Below, one piece after another: positions 31,564 through 41,304 of a stretch of 64,000 nt of DNA. Each line of letters opens with the position of its first letter. The stretch's first letter is position 1. Location: positions 90,559 to 154,558 of the forward strand of contig JBMNLM010000001.1 in NCBI GenBank assembly GCA_050952805.1, read 5' to 3'. The position numbers were made by a program, and so were the translations under genes. The notes below the pieces were generated by a model, which saw only the letters and a program-made list of their open reading frames with translations, did not search any database and was not told the origin of the DNA. Source of the stretch: Bacilli bacterium. Its GTDB lineage: Bacteria; Bacillota_I; Bacilli_A; RFN20; CAG-826.

Positions 31564-32280
31564 ATGTCGCGTTTCTTTGTAAAACAAGTAAATAACGAAA
31601 TAATTTTTAGTAATGATGATTTATTTCACCTAAAAAACGTTTTACGTTTAAAAGTTGGCGATAAAATTGAATTAGTCGTTGAAAATGGTGAAACCGGTGT
31701 TTATATGATTAAAAATTTAAACCCAGTTCACGTTACTTTTCTTAGTAGTTTAGAAAATGACGGCGAAAATAGCGTTTTTATTCGCCTTTATTATTGTTTA
31801 AGCAAAGGAAATAAAGTCGATCTTGTTATTCAAAAAGCTACGGAACTTGGTGTAGATGAAATTGTTCTTGTCGATAGTCGCTTTACAGTTAAAAAGCTAA
31901 ATGAGAAAACGTTAGATACAAAACTTGAACGATTTAATAAAATAGCGCTAGAAGCTAGCAAACAATCAAAAAGAACAAAAGTACCACGTGTTATCGGTCC
32001 TTTTAAACTAGATGAAGATTTATTTAGTAAAGATACGAGCGAGACAAAAATTATTGCCTACGAAAATGAGCCGCAAGAAAAAGATATTGTGAGTGTGCTA
32101 AAATTAGATAAAAGTAACACTTACTCGCTTTTAGTAGGTCCAGAAGGTGGCTTTAGTTTAGAAGAAGTAGAAATTGCTAAAGATGCCGGTTTTATGAGCG
32201 TAAGTTTAGGAAAAAGGATCTTAAGAAGTGAAACGGCGGCTATTCATATAGTTGGCCTAGTAAGTGCACTAAGGAGGTAG
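31564..32280 (+). CDS. rsmE: 16S rRNA m3U1498 methyltransferase RsmE
   Basis: HLKNVLR, QKATELGV, VGPEGGFS, LGKRILRSETA. Confidence 0.95.
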   Translation: MSRFFVKQVNNEIIFSNDDLFHLKNVLRLKVGDKIELVVENGETGVYMIKNLNPVHVTFLSSLENDGENSVFIRLYYCLSKGNKVDLVIQKATELGVDEIVLVDSRFTVKKLNEKTLDTKLERFNKIALEASKQSKRTKVPRVIGPFKLDEDLFSKDTSETKIIAYENEPQEKDIVSVLKLDKSNTYSLLVGPEGGFSLEEVEIAKDAGFMSVSLGKRILRSETAAIHIVGLVSALRR

Positions 32281-32283
32281 AAT

Positions 32284-33015
32284 ATGCGATTATTTCCTTT
32301 ATTAGAAAGCAATCGGAACACTGATTTTATTAATAAAAGTAACGAATATGCTTTTTTTCAAGAAAACAAAAAGATTCTTTTAGTGTGTAATGAATTCGAA
32401 AGATTTTATAATGCGACTGATGACTTTGAAATTATTCAAGCTAATATCTTAATTCGAAGTTTACAAAACAAATTTACGATTGAAGAAGCGGTAAAAAATG
32501 CTGGTGAAAACGTTCGCGATGTTGTTAAAATTACGCTTTCTAAACTTCCCTATGTAACAGTCCAAAATCGCAAAGTTTACGTTCCAATTTATCTAAGAAC
32601 GAACAATGAAATATACTCAAAAACACCTGAAAAACTACTAGAATACCCCTATTCAGACTTAATTAGTGAAATTAGCGATTCACTTATCGATTCTTTTGAA
32701 GAATACAATTTTGACTTATTTGAGTCGAGTTTTTCCTCACTTGTCTACCTTGATAAGGATGAGGATACAAGAGCATATCTCCATATGGACTTCCTTACAA
32801 TTTATATTGTTAACGATCAAGGAAGATGCGACTTAAAAATACCTTTATTTGATAAATATATTAAACGTCCTGTTACAAATCACTTAATTGAACGCGTTTT
32901 ACCACTCGTTAAAGCATATTATGATAGTGATAAAGAGACATTTATTAAAATTTTAAAAGAAGAACATTTTATTAGCGACAAGCTATTTAAAACATATTCC
33001 AAACGACGAAAATGA
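32284..33015 (+). CDS. Hypothetical protein
   Basis: 243-aa ORF with SD AGGAGG, overlapping mtaB (ATGA); no motif recognised. Confidence 0.7.
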   Translation: MRLFPLLESNRNTDFINKSNEYAFFQENKKILLVCNEFERFYNATDDFEIIQANILIRSLQNKFTIEEAVKNAGENVRDVVKITLSKLPYVTVQNRKVYVPIYLRTNNEIYSKTPEKLLEYPYSDLISEISDSLIDSFEEYNFDLFESSFSSLVYLDKDEDTRAYLHMDFLTIYIVNDQGRCDLKIPLFDKYIKRPVTNHLIERVLPLVKAYYDSDKETFIKILKEEHFISDKLFKTYSKRRK

Positions 33016-34283
33016 GAAAAACAACGTTTAAAACCACGTTTTTAGGCTGTAAAGTCAATGCTTATGAAGTTGACGCAATCCGTCAACAATTTTTTAATGA
33101 GGGCTTTGTTGAGGCGCAGGATGGTGAAAATGTTGATATTGCTCTTATTAATACGTGTAGCGTAACTAGTGAAAGCGACCGAAAATCGCGTCAACAAATT
33201 CGAAAATTAATTAAAAATTATCCTAACGCAATAATTATCGTTATGGGTTGTTATAGCCAATATAGCGGCGATTTATATAAGAAAATCCCAGAAATTGATA
33301 TTCTTGTTGGCACGAGTAACCGTAATAAAATCATTGATTATATACGGATTTTTAAAGAAACCGGTGAGAAAATTATCGCTGTTGAGGAGAATCCTAGAGA
33401 TTTTACCTATGAAGACTTAAAAGTAAGCCCAAAAACTAGACATGCACGTGCTTATTTAAAAATTCAAGATGGCTGCGATAATTTTTGTACATATTGTATT
33501 ATTCCTTATACTAGGGGAAGAAGTCGCTCAAGACCGCTTGCAAGTGTAGTAAATGAGGCAGAATATCTAGTAAATAACGGTTATAAAGAAATAATCCTAA
33601 CCGGCATTGATACAGGTGGATACGGTAGAGATATTGGTACATCATTAAACGAACTAATAAAAGCAATAATCCACGTATGTCCTTCTCTTTATCGCCTTAG
33701 AATTTCCTCGCTTGAAATAAATCAAGTAAGTGATGAGCTTTTATTTACGATTAAAAATAATCCGCAAATTGCTCGTCACCTTCACATTCCCCTTCAAGCT
33801 GGAAGCGATGAAATTCTAAAAAAGATGAACAGGCACTACCTAACTTCAGATTTTTATAAACGAATAGAAGAAATACGCGAAATTCTTCCAAGTATCGCAC
33901 TAACTACTGATGTAATTGTAGGTTTTCCCGGAGAAACTGAGGAATTATTTCAAAAAAGTTATGATTTTATTAAAAAATGTAACTTTATGATGCTTCACGT
34001 TTTCCCATATAGCAAACGGCCAAAAACGCCGGCCGCGCGCTTAAAAGACCAAATTACAAAAGAAGAAAAACAAAAACGTGTGCAAAAATTAATCGAACTC
34101 TCTAACGCTAATTATAAGGAATACGCGCGCGGGTATAATAATAAAGAAGTTGAAGTCTTAATTGAAGGCTATAACAAAGATCAAGATACTTACTTTGGCC
34201 ACACTTCTAATTACTTACTCGTAAACGTAAAAAGCAAGGAAGATATTACCCATAAAATTGTTAAATATAAGGGTAAAATTTAA
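33012..34283 (+). CDS. mtaB: tRNA ms2t6A methylthiotransferase MtaB
   Basis: LGCKVNAYE, NTCSVT, QDGCDNFCTYC, DVIVGFPGET, HVFPYSKRPKT; follows rsmE. Confidence 0.92.
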   Translation: MRKTTFKTTFLGCKVNAYEVDAIRQQFFNEGFVEAQDGENVDIALINTCSVTSESDRKSRQQIRKLIKNYPNAIIIVMGCYSQYSGDLYKKIPEIDILVGTSNRNKIIDYIRIFKETGEKIIAVEENPRDFTYEDLKVSPKTRHARAYLKIQDGCDNFCTYCIIPYTRGRSRSRPLASVVNEAEYLVNNGYKEIILTGIDTGGYGRDIGTSLNELIKAIIHVCPSLYRLRISSLEINQVSDELLFTIKNNPQIARHLHIPLQAGSDEILKKMNRHYLTSDFYKRIEEIREILPSIALTTDVIVGFPGETEELFQKSYDFIKKCNFMMLHVFPYSKRPKTPAARLKDQITKEEKQKRVQKLIELSNANYKEYARGYNNKEVEVLIEGYNKDQDTYFGHTSNYLLVNVKSKEDITHKIVKYKGKI

Positions 34284-34353
34284 ACAGTGTCAAAAAAATA
34301 CACCGCTTATAATGTATGTTTATCGCCTTTTTTAATAAAATGTCGTAATTTTA

Positions 34354-34382
34354 TTGACAATCACTAATTTCTCCTTTATACT
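34354..34382 (+). promoter_or_regulatory. SigA promoter of rpmF
   Basis: TTGACA-17 nt-TATACT. Confidence 0.75.
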
Positions 34383-34418
34383 ACACAAGGTTATTAAGAA
34401 TATTAAGGAGGAATGCAA

Positions 34419-34730
34419 ATGGCAGTTCCAAAAAGAAGAACGTCTAAATCTCGCAAAAGATCACGTCGTACACACTTTAAATTAGATGTTACGGGTCTTA
34501 CGACTTGTACAAACTGTGGTGCTCTTATTAAATCTCACCAAGTTTGTCCAAAATGCGGTTTTTATAAAGGGAAAGACGTAATTAACGTTACGGAAGAAAA
34601 AGAAAAACCAAAAGCTGATAAGAAAAAAGCAAAGAAATCAGCGAAAAAGGCCGCTCGACCAGAAAACGAAGCCGCTCCAAAGAGCGCTCCAAAACAAAAA
34701 GTAGTTAGTAAACAAAAAACTGGCGAATAA
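34419..34730 (+). CDS. rpmF: 50S ribosomal protein L32 with C-terminal Lys/Ala-rich extension
   Basis: [19 protein letters not shown]...CTNCG...[12 protein letters not shown]; start ATG 34419 is 7 nt after AGGAGG. Confidence 0.95.
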   Translation: MAVPKRRTSKSRKRSRRTHFKLDVTGLTTCTNCGALIKSHQVCPKCGFYKGKDVINVTEEKEKPKADKKKAKKSAKKAARPENEAAPKSAPKQKVVSKQKTGE

Positions 34731-34734
34731 TAAG

Positions 34735-34759
34735 AAAGTTGGAAATATCCAACTTTTTT
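34735..34759 (+). terminator. Intrinsic terminator after rpmF
   Basis: AAAGTTGGA-AATA-TCCAACTTTTTT. Confidence 0.8.
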
Positions 34760-34773
34760 ATTAAAATATCATT

Positions 34774-35031
34774 GTGAGTAAACGTAAAATTAACAACAAA
34801 AACAAAGAAATGCACAAGCAAGTTTACGAAGGGCATGTTGATCCTAGTGATTATCCAAACATTTTTTATGTGATTCTCACGCTCCTTTTCTTCCCGCTTG
34901 GCATTATTTTTATTTTTACGACGGCAAAAGATAAACCTTTTTCAAGAAAATGGTACACAATTGCAATTGCCGTCGGCTTTTTTATGTATTTACTCATCGT
35001 TGCATTTATTTTTCTTAATAAAAGTGCATAA
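34774..35031 (+). CDS. Small two-TM membrane protein, unknown function
   Basis: Two hydrophobic segments (LLFFPLGIIFI; IAIAVGFFMYLLIV); GTG start 6 nt after TAAAAT. Confidence 0.6.
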   Translation: MSKRKINNKNKEMHKQVYEGHVDPSDYPNIFYVILTLLFFPLGIIFIFTTAKDKPFSRKWYTIAIAVGFFMYLLIVAFIFLNKSA

Positions 35032-35066
35032 TAAATGTAAGTTAAGTGTAATTTTAGGAGGAGATT

Positions 35067-35702
35067 ATGAATTACAACAAATTAATTGATCACACGCTTC
35101 TTAAACCAGATGCGACAAGAGAACAAATCACAAAACTTTGTAAAGAAGCGATTGAGTACGACTTTAAAAGTGTTTGTGTAAACCCTTGTAACGTTCCCCT
35201 TGCAGCGTATTTACTCGCTGATACGGACGTTTTAGTTTGCACAGTCGTTGGATTCCCACTTGGGGCAAATTCAACAGAATCAAAAATTATTGAAACAGAA
35301 ATTGCTCTAGAAGACGGGGCCGATGAAATCGATATGGTCATTAATATCGCACGTCTAAAAGAAAAAGATGATCTCTACGTTTTTGAAGAAATTCGTCAAA
35401 TCAAAAATGCTTGCTACGAATATACGCTAAAAGTCATCATCGAAACGTGTCTTTTAACGAAAGAAGAAATTAAAAGAGCATGCGAAATTGCCGTTAAAGC
35501 TGGTGCAGACTTTGTAAAAACGAGTACAGGATTCTCTACGGGCGGAGCAACAGTTGAAGACGTTAAGCTAATGCGCGAAACGGTCGGAGAATACGTTGGC
35601 GTTAAGGCAAGTGGAGGAATTCGTACGCACGAAGATCTCGTCGCGATGGTCGAAGCCGGTGCAAATCGCATTGGTGCAAGTGCTGGACCAAAAATTCTCT
35701 AA
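35067..35702 (+). CDS. deoC: Deoxyribose-phosphate aldolase
   Basis: [37 protein letters not shown]. Confidence 0.97.
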   Translation: MNYNKLIDHTLLKPDATREQITKLCKEAIEYDFKSVCVNPCNVPLAAYLLADTDVLVCTVVGFPLGANSTESKIIETEIALEDGADEIDMVINIARLKEKDDLYVFEEIRQIKNACYEYTLKVIIETCLLTKEEIKRACEIAVKAGADFVKTSTGFSTGGATVEDVKLMRETVGEYVGVKASGGIRTHEDLVAMVEAGANRIGASAGPKIL

Positions 35703-35743
35703 AATAAACTCATTTTATTAGCATTTATTTCTTTAAAAAGTCG

Positions 35744-35772
35744 TTGCAAAACTTTCTATAGTTTTATATAAT
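35744..35772 (+). promoter_or_regulatory. SigA promoter of rpsU
   Basis: TTGCAA-17 nt-TATAAT. Confidence 0.7.
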
Positions 35773-35814
35773 GTTTTTCGGTTAGCAAACTGCAAAGGGA
35801 AGGAGTTGATAACT

Positions 35815-36003
35815 ATGCCAAAAACGATAGTTCGTGAAAACGAATCGCTTGATGAAGCTCTTCGTCGCTTTAAACGTCAAGTTAACAAAGCCGGAACTTT
35901 AGCAGAAGCAAAAAAACGCCGATATTACGTTAAACCAGGTCTTGCGCGAAAACTTAAACAAGAACAAGCGCGCCGAAAAATGCGGAAATCACGTTCCCGC
36001 TAA
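35815..36003 (+). CDS. rpsU: 30S ribosomal protein S21
   Basis: [16 protein letters not shown]...YYVKP; ATG 35815 behind AGGAG. Confidence 0.95.
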   Translation: MPKTIVRENESLDEALRRFKRQVNKAGTLAEAKKRRYYVKPGLARKLKQEQARRKMRKSRSR

Positions 36004-36016
36004 ATAACGTAAAACT

Positions 36017-36054
36017 AAAAAAACTCCTTAGATAAAAGTATCGGGAGTTTTTTT
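36017..36054 (+). terminator. Intrinsic terminator after rpsU
   Basis: AAAAAAACTCC...GGAGTTTTTTT. Confidence 0.75.
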
Positions 36055-36100
36055 ATACTAAAATCATTTTTTCTTGCCTATTTATACATAGGAGTAGTAA

Positions 36101-37279
36101 ATGAAATATTTTATTAATCAAAGAAATGAATATACGTGCGGGGAAGCTTGCACAAAAATGATTTTAAGTATTTTTCAAAATGATGAAAATTTTTTGTATT
36201 TAAATTTTACTAATGTAACGCTTGATAATTTTAAAGATATTATTTTGAAAGGAAGAGAATATGGCGTAAATGGCGAGGGCTTTAGCGTTACTCATAAAAA
36301 AGCCTTTCGAAAAGTTAAGGGATGGCTAATTCTTCAACTTAAAATCGCTAGTAAGGAACACTTTGTCGTTGCTAAAAAAGTTAGTCCAAGATCATATTTA
36401 GTTTTAGATCCTGCAAAAGATGAATATTACCTAAGTGAGAAGAAGTTATGGACCTTTTTTACAGGTAAGTTTATTAAATTTACTCGCGTTAAAAAAGTTA
36501 AAGCTCCAAAAATAAACGCTTTTAAGCCGAAGAAAAAATATTACATTTTTAGTGTTATCTTGAATTTATTAATGTTAACTTCTCTAGCTTTTGGTCTTTA
36601 CTACTCTTCAAATAGCGAGCTTTTTTGGCTTTCGATTACGTTTTTTGTTTTAACAATCGTCTTTCACCTTCTAGAAAAGATTAATAATTTATTAATGCTA
36701 AAAAAATATGATGACTACGTTATTAGCCCAAAAGTTTCTTCACTTAACAATAAAATAAGCCATAAAATTAACGAAATATATCGCCTTAAAACGCCAATTG
36801 TTTCTTACCCTTTTATCGTTGTAAATAAACTATTAATAACACTTACTATCGCGATAATTTTTATAATTAACGATTGGGTTAATGCCCCGATTTTACTTTT
36901 AATTGCCCTTCTTTACTACCTTGAATTTTATCGTAATAAACAAATTAACGCCGCGTCATTAGACATTGATTTGCTCGTCGATAAAATAGAAAAAGCTAAT
37001 CAAAACGCAGAACCGTTCCATATGTATGTCGATAAAATTAACAAATTAAGTAGAAACTTAGCGATTCAAAAAATCGGTTTTCGTTATTTTATCTATTTAA
37101 TAACTATTGGTTTAACGTTAATTTTAATGTATATAAATGCTACTTATACTCTAAATTATTTCCTTTTTCACTTTTTTGGTTATCTCTATTTTGGTTCAAT
37201 TGTTTGTGAACTTTTTAGTATTGATGGCTTAAAAGCAAAACGAAATAATTCTTTAAATAAGTACTTATTATTGAAGTAG
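36101..37279 (+). CDS. C39 cysteine peptidase domain fused to a multi-TM region (no ABC ATPase domain)
   Basis: QRNEYTCGEACTKMIL (catalytic Cys), HFVV (His), VLDPA (Asp), then about 6 TM segments; ends without Walker motifs. Confidence 0.75.
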   Translation: MKYFINQRNEYTCGEACTKMILSIFQNDENFLYLNFTNVTLDNFKDIILKGREYGVNGEGFSVTHKKAFRKVKGWLILQLKIASKEHFVVAKKVSPRSYLVLDPAKDEYYLSEKKLWTFFTGKFIKFTRVKKVKAPKINAFKPKKKYYIFSVILNLLMLTSLAFGLYYSSNSELFWLSITFFVLTIVFHLLEKINNLLMLKKYDDYVISPKVSSLNNKISHKINEIYRLKTPIVSYPFIVVNKLLITLTIAIIFIINDWVNAPILLLIALLYYLEFYRNKQINAASLDIDLLVDKIEKANQNAEPFHMYVDKINKLSRNLAIQKIGFRYFIYLITIGLTLILMYINATYTLNYFLFHFFGYLYFGSIVCELFSIDGLKAKRNNSLNKYLLLK

Positions 37280-37350
37280 TTTATTTCTAAAAAACTTCAG
37301 TTAGAAATTTTATTTCCCTATGTAATATTATGTTAAAATAATATTACCGT

Positions 37351-37803
37351 ATGCGAATTGATTTTATTAATAACTTAACTAGCGAATATGATAAATATCG
37401 TAAGACATTTTATTATTATGCTAGAAAAACGGTGAAACTCTTAGAAATTGATGATAATTTTCTTTTAGAGATTCAGCTCGTAGACAACGAAGATATTCAA
37501 AAAATCAATCGTGAATACCGGAATATTGATAAACCAACGGATGTAATCTCTTTTGCGTTTAACGATGAAGTAGAAGGCGAAGTAAAAATAATTTCAAGTG
37601 AACCTTATTTACTTGGAATGATTATTATTTCTGTGCCTAAAGCAATAGAGCAAGCAAAACTTTACGGACATTCGCTAGATCGAGAAATGAATTTCTTATT
37701 CGTTCACGGTTTATTACATCTATTTGGTTATGATCACTTAGAAAAAGAAGACGAAGTGCAAATGATTGCACTACAAAATAAGATTATTGGAAAGAGGAAA
37801 TAA
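37351..37803 (+). CDS. ybeY: rRNA maturation RNase YbeY
   Basis: YRNIDKPTDVISF and HGLLHLFGYDH. Confidence 0.95.
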   Translation: MRIDFINNLTSEYDKYRKTFYYYARKTVKLLEIDDNFLLEIQLVDNEDIQKINREYRNIDKPTDVISFAFNDEVEGEVKIISSEPYLLGMIIISVPKAIEQAKLYGHSLDREMNFLFVHGLLHLFGYDHLEKEDEVQMIALQNKIIGKRK

Positions 37804-37805
37804 AA

Positions 37806-38204
37806 ATGACCGACAAAAATTTAGTTTTAGAAGCAAAAAAAGCAATGGCTAACTCGTATTCGCCGTATTCAAATTTTCCAGTAGGTGCTGCGCTTGTTAC
37901 AAAAGATGGCCAAGTATTTCACGGGGCAAATATTGAAAATGCAGCTTATGGATTATCGATGTGTGGTGAAAGAAATGCGATTTTTAATGCTTATAATCAC
38001 GGTATTAAAAAAGATGACATTGTCGCAATCGCCGTTATTGGTAATACGGAAATGCCAATTAGTCCTTGCGGATCTTGCCGCCAAGTAATGAGCGAACTTT
38101 TAACGCCTGATTGCAAAGTTATTCTAGCAAACACAAAAGGTGACACGAAAGTTCTTGAAAATCGCGATTTACTCCCATACGCCTTTACTGATAGTGACTT
38201 ATAA
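37806..38204 (+). CDS. cdd: Cytidine deaminase
   Basis: YSPYSNFPVGAA, NIENAAY, CGERNA, SPCGSCRQ. Confidence 0.95.
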   Translation: MTDKNLVLEAKKAMANSYSPYSNFPVGAALVTKDGQVFHGANIENAAYGLSMCGERNAIFNAYNHGIKKDDIVAIAVIGNTEMPISPCGSCRQVMSELLTPDCKVILANTKGDTKVLENRDLLPYAFTDSDL

Positions 38205-39085
38205 TGAAGCGAGGATATGTTGCTCTTGTTGGAGCGCCTAACGTTGGTAAATCAACGATACTAAATGGCATAATTGGTAAAAATATTGCTAGTGTTACCG
38301 CTAAACCGCAAACGACAACGATGAATTTAAGCGGAATTTACACTAAAGATGATGTGCAAATTGTTTTTTTAGATACGCCAGGGCTTCATGAAACAACAAG
38401 AGCCTTTAATAAAACAATGAACCAAGAAGCAACGCAAGCTCTAAGACAAGCTGACGTTGTCGTTTTTATTGTTGATGGAAGTCGACCATTTTTAAAAGAT
38501 AATGAATTTATTATTAATAGAATTCCTCTTGATAAGCCTTTAATTACCGTAATTAACAAAATTGATTTAATTTCGCCAATTGAAGCAAAAAATATAAAGG
38601 AACAATGTAAAGAAACTTTTCCAAATAGTAAATTAATTGAAACTAGCGCGATTCGTGGGTTTAATCTTAATGAAATTGTCGAAGAAATTATTCCTCATTT
38701 AAGTGAAGGTATGAGCCTATATGAAGAAAATATTTTTACGACTGCGACAAAAGAGTTTTTAATTAGTGAAACGATACGTGCAAAAGCGATGATGCTTACA
38801 AAACAAGAAATTCCTCATAGTATAGCTGTAGTTGTTGATGAACTTATTGAAAATGAAGAAAAGATGATTGCTTACTGCAGGATTATTTGCGAACGAAAGA
38901 GCCAACGAGGAATTTTAATTGGTAGTGGCGGAAAAATGATAAAAAGAATTCGCCTCCAAAGTGAATATGAGCTTAAAAACATGTTTGGTAAGCCTTGTGA
39001 GTTAGATCTTTTCGTCGCCGTTATTGAAAATTGGCGCGATGATCCTAAGAAAATTAAACGAATCCAAAAACAACGAAGGGGTTAG
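38204..39085 (+). CDS. era: GTPase Era
   Basis: GAPNVGKST, QTT, DTPG, NKID, KH-domain IGSGGKMIK. Confidence 0.95.
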   Translation: MKRGYVALVGAPNVGKSTILNGIIGKNIASVTAKPQTTTMNLSGIYTKDDVQIVFLDTPGLHETTRAFNKTMNQEATQALRQADVVVFIVDGSRPFLKDNEFIINRIPLDKPLITVINKIDLISPIEAKNIKEQCKETFPNSKLIETSAIRGFNLNEIVEEIIPHLSEGMSLYEENIFTTATKEFLISETIRAKAMMLTKQEIPHSIAVVVDELIENEEKMIAYCRIICERKSQRGILIGSGGKMIKRIRLQSEYELKNMFGKPCELDLFVAVIENWRDDPKKIKRIQKQRRG

Positions 39086-39087
39086 TC

Positions 39088-39804
39088 TTGGAAGCAATTA
39101 TCATTCGGATAACTCCTTATAAGGAAGATGATGCAATAATAAACGCTCTTACGAGCGATGGTTTTTTAACTTTTCAAGCAAAAGGAATTAAAAAACCAAA
39201 AGCAAAACTTGCTTCAGTTTTAGTTGTTGGAAATATTGTTGATGTTGAATTAATTAGCATTAAAGCTGGTTATTTAGTCGTTGGCGCGAAAAGTTTAGTC
39301 GACTTAGCGCCGATATTTTCTAATTTTACATACTTAACGAGTCTAAATTTTCTTGGAGAAATTAGTAAAAATACGTTAGTAAGAAAAGAGGAAGTTATTC
39401 ATATATACCCTTATTTAAAGGAAGCAATTATAAATTTAACTAAAAATGATGATCCTTTAGTGATAAATACACTATTTTTAATTAGGTTAATGAGCGTTAT
39501 TGGTTATGAATTTAAGTTTTCATCGTGTAATACATGTGGAAGCACTAAAGATTTAATGTTTTTTGATTATTTTTCTGGGGGAATAACGTGTAAAAACTGC
39601 AAAAGTCGAAATAGTTTACGCTTACAAAGCGAAACGATTCAATTTATTAACGAAAACTTAAAGTCTTATAAAAGTAGTGAGCTAAATGATGATATCAAGG
39701 CAGATATAAAAGCATTATTTGTTCGACTCTTATATTTTCTTATTGATAATATCGATTTAAAACTACAATCACTACCATTTTTACAACTTTGTTTTGATTT
39801 TTAA
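39088..39804 (+). CDS. recO: DNA repair protein RecO
   Basis: YKEDDAII...AKGIKKPKAK, CNTCG and CKNC zinc finger; era-recO synteny. Confidence 0.88.
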   Translation: MEAIIIRITPYKEDDAIINALTSDGFLTFQAKGIKKPKAKLASVLVVGNIVDVELISIKAGYLVVGAKSLVDLAPIFSNFTYLTSLNFLGEISKNTLVRKEEVIHIYPYLKEAIINLTKNDDPLVINTLFLIRLMSVIGYEFKFSSCNTCGSTKDLMFFDYFSGGITCKNCKSRNSLRLQSETIQFINENLKSYKSSELNDDIKADIKALFVRLLYFLIDNIDLKLQSLPFLQLCFDF

Positions 39805-39886
39805 AATAAGTACACTTATAATAGGTTGACAAGTGTCAAAGAACTTTAATAGAATTAAAAGGATCTTTTTTTGTAAGGAGGAATAG

Positions 39887-41260
39887 ATGGAAAACAAACA
39901 TCAATTCGATAAAATTGTTAATCACTTAATAACTTATGGCTTTGTATATCAAGGCTCAGAAATATATGGAGGTTTGTCAAATACTTGGGATTATGGACCT
40001 CTTGGTGTTGAAGTAAAGACAAATATCCGCAATATGTGGTGGAAGAAGTTTATTCAAGAATCGCCTTACAACGTTGGTGTTGATGCAGCGATTTTAATGA
40101 ATCCAACGGTTTGGAAAGCTACTGGCCACCTTTCTACATTTAATGATCCACTTATTGACTGTAAAGTTTGTAAAACGCGCCATCGTGCTGATAATTTAAT
40201 TGAAGATCAGTTTAAAGATGTAAACGTTTCAAGTATGGACATTAATGAAATACAAGAATTTATGCGGACAAATCGCGTAAAATGTCCTAATTGCGGATCA
40301 AGTGATTTTACCGATATTCGTCAGTTTAATTTAATGTTTAAAACGCATATTGGCGTAACAGAAGACAATCAAAACGTCGTTTATCTTCGTCCTGAAACCG
40401 CGCAAGGAATCTTTACAAACTTTAAAAATGTTTTAAGAACTAGTCGTAAAAAAATTCCTTTTGGTATCGGTAATGTTGGTAAAGCATTTAGAAACGAGAT
40501 AACTCCTGGAAACTTTATTTTTAGAACTAGAGAGTTTACACAAATGGAATTAGAGTTTTTCTGCGCTCCTGGAACGGATGAAGAATGGTTTAAATACTGG
40601 AAAGATGAATGTATCAGTTTTGTGAAAAATCTCGGAGTTAAGGAAGAAAAACTTCGCTTTAGAGATCACGATGCTAAAGAATTATCATTTTATTCAAAGG
40701 CAACTACAGATATTGAATATTTATTTCCCTTTGGTTGGGGTGAAATTTGGGGTATTGCAAACCGCACAGATTATGACTTAAAGAAACATATGGAATATAG
40801 TGGTGAAAATTTTGAATATTTAGATCCAATTACGAGAGAAACATATGTTCCTTATTGTGTTGAACCATCTGTTGGCTTAGATCGCTTATTATTAATGGTT
40901 TTATCCGATAGTTATGATGAAGAAGAACTTGAAAAAGACTCGCGTGTAATCATGCATTTACACCCTGCCGTTGCTCCTTATAAAGCTGCGGTATTACCAC
41001 TTACTAAAAAACTAGCTGATAAAGCAAAAGAAGTATTTGCTGATTTATCAAAAGATTACATGATAATTTATGATGAAACGGGTAGCATCGGCAAGCGCTA
41101 TCGTCGCAATGATGCTATCGGAACTCCTTATTGTATTACGATAGATTTTGACACTTTGGAGGATGAAAGTGTTACAATTCGCGAACGTGACTCGATGGAA
41201 CAAGTTCGCGTAAAGATTTCTGAATTATCGGCGTATTTAAAAGATAAAGTAAGTTTTTAG
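39887..41260 (+). CDS. glyQS: Glycine--tRNA ligase (homodimeric type)
   Basis: [49 protein letters not shown]. Confidence 0.96.
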   Translation: MENKHQFDKIVNHLITYGFVYQGSEIYGGLSNTWDYGPLGVEVKTNIRNMWWKKFIQESPYNVGVDAAILMNPTVWKATGHLSTFNDPLIDCKVCKTRHRADNLIEDQFKDVNVSSMDINEIQEFMRTNRVKCPNCGSSDFTDIRQFNLMFKTHIGVTEDNQNVVYLRPETAQGIFTNFKNVLRTSRKKIPFGIGNVGKAFRNEITPGNFIFRTREFTQMELEFFCAPGTDEEWFKYWKDECISFVKNLGVKEEKLRFRDHDAKELSFYSKATTDIEYLFPFGWGEIWGIANRTDYDLKKHMEYSGENFEYLDPITRETYVPYCVEPSVGLDRLLLMVLSDSYDEEELEKDSRVIMHLHPAVAPYKAAVLPLTKKLADKAKEVFADLSKDYMIIYDETGSIGKRYRRNDAIGTPYCITIDFDTLEDESVTIRERDSMEQVRVKISELSAYLKDKVSF

Positions 41261-41289
41261 TAGTTTTCTAGTCTAAAACTAGTCTATTT
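41246..41289 (+). repeat. 11-bp phased (T/C)TAGT array at the glyQS end, before dnaG
   Basis: AAAGTAAGTTT TTAGTAGTTTT CTAGTCTAAAA CTAGTCTATTT at 41246, 41257, 41268, 41279. Confidence 0.7.
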
Positions 41290-41304
41290 AGAAAAGGAGA
41301 TTGG

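Noticed and set aside
37311-37338. Second dif-like arm TTATGTTAAAA upstream of ybeY
   Set aside because: No matching left arm; explained by the extended -10 TGtTAAAAT
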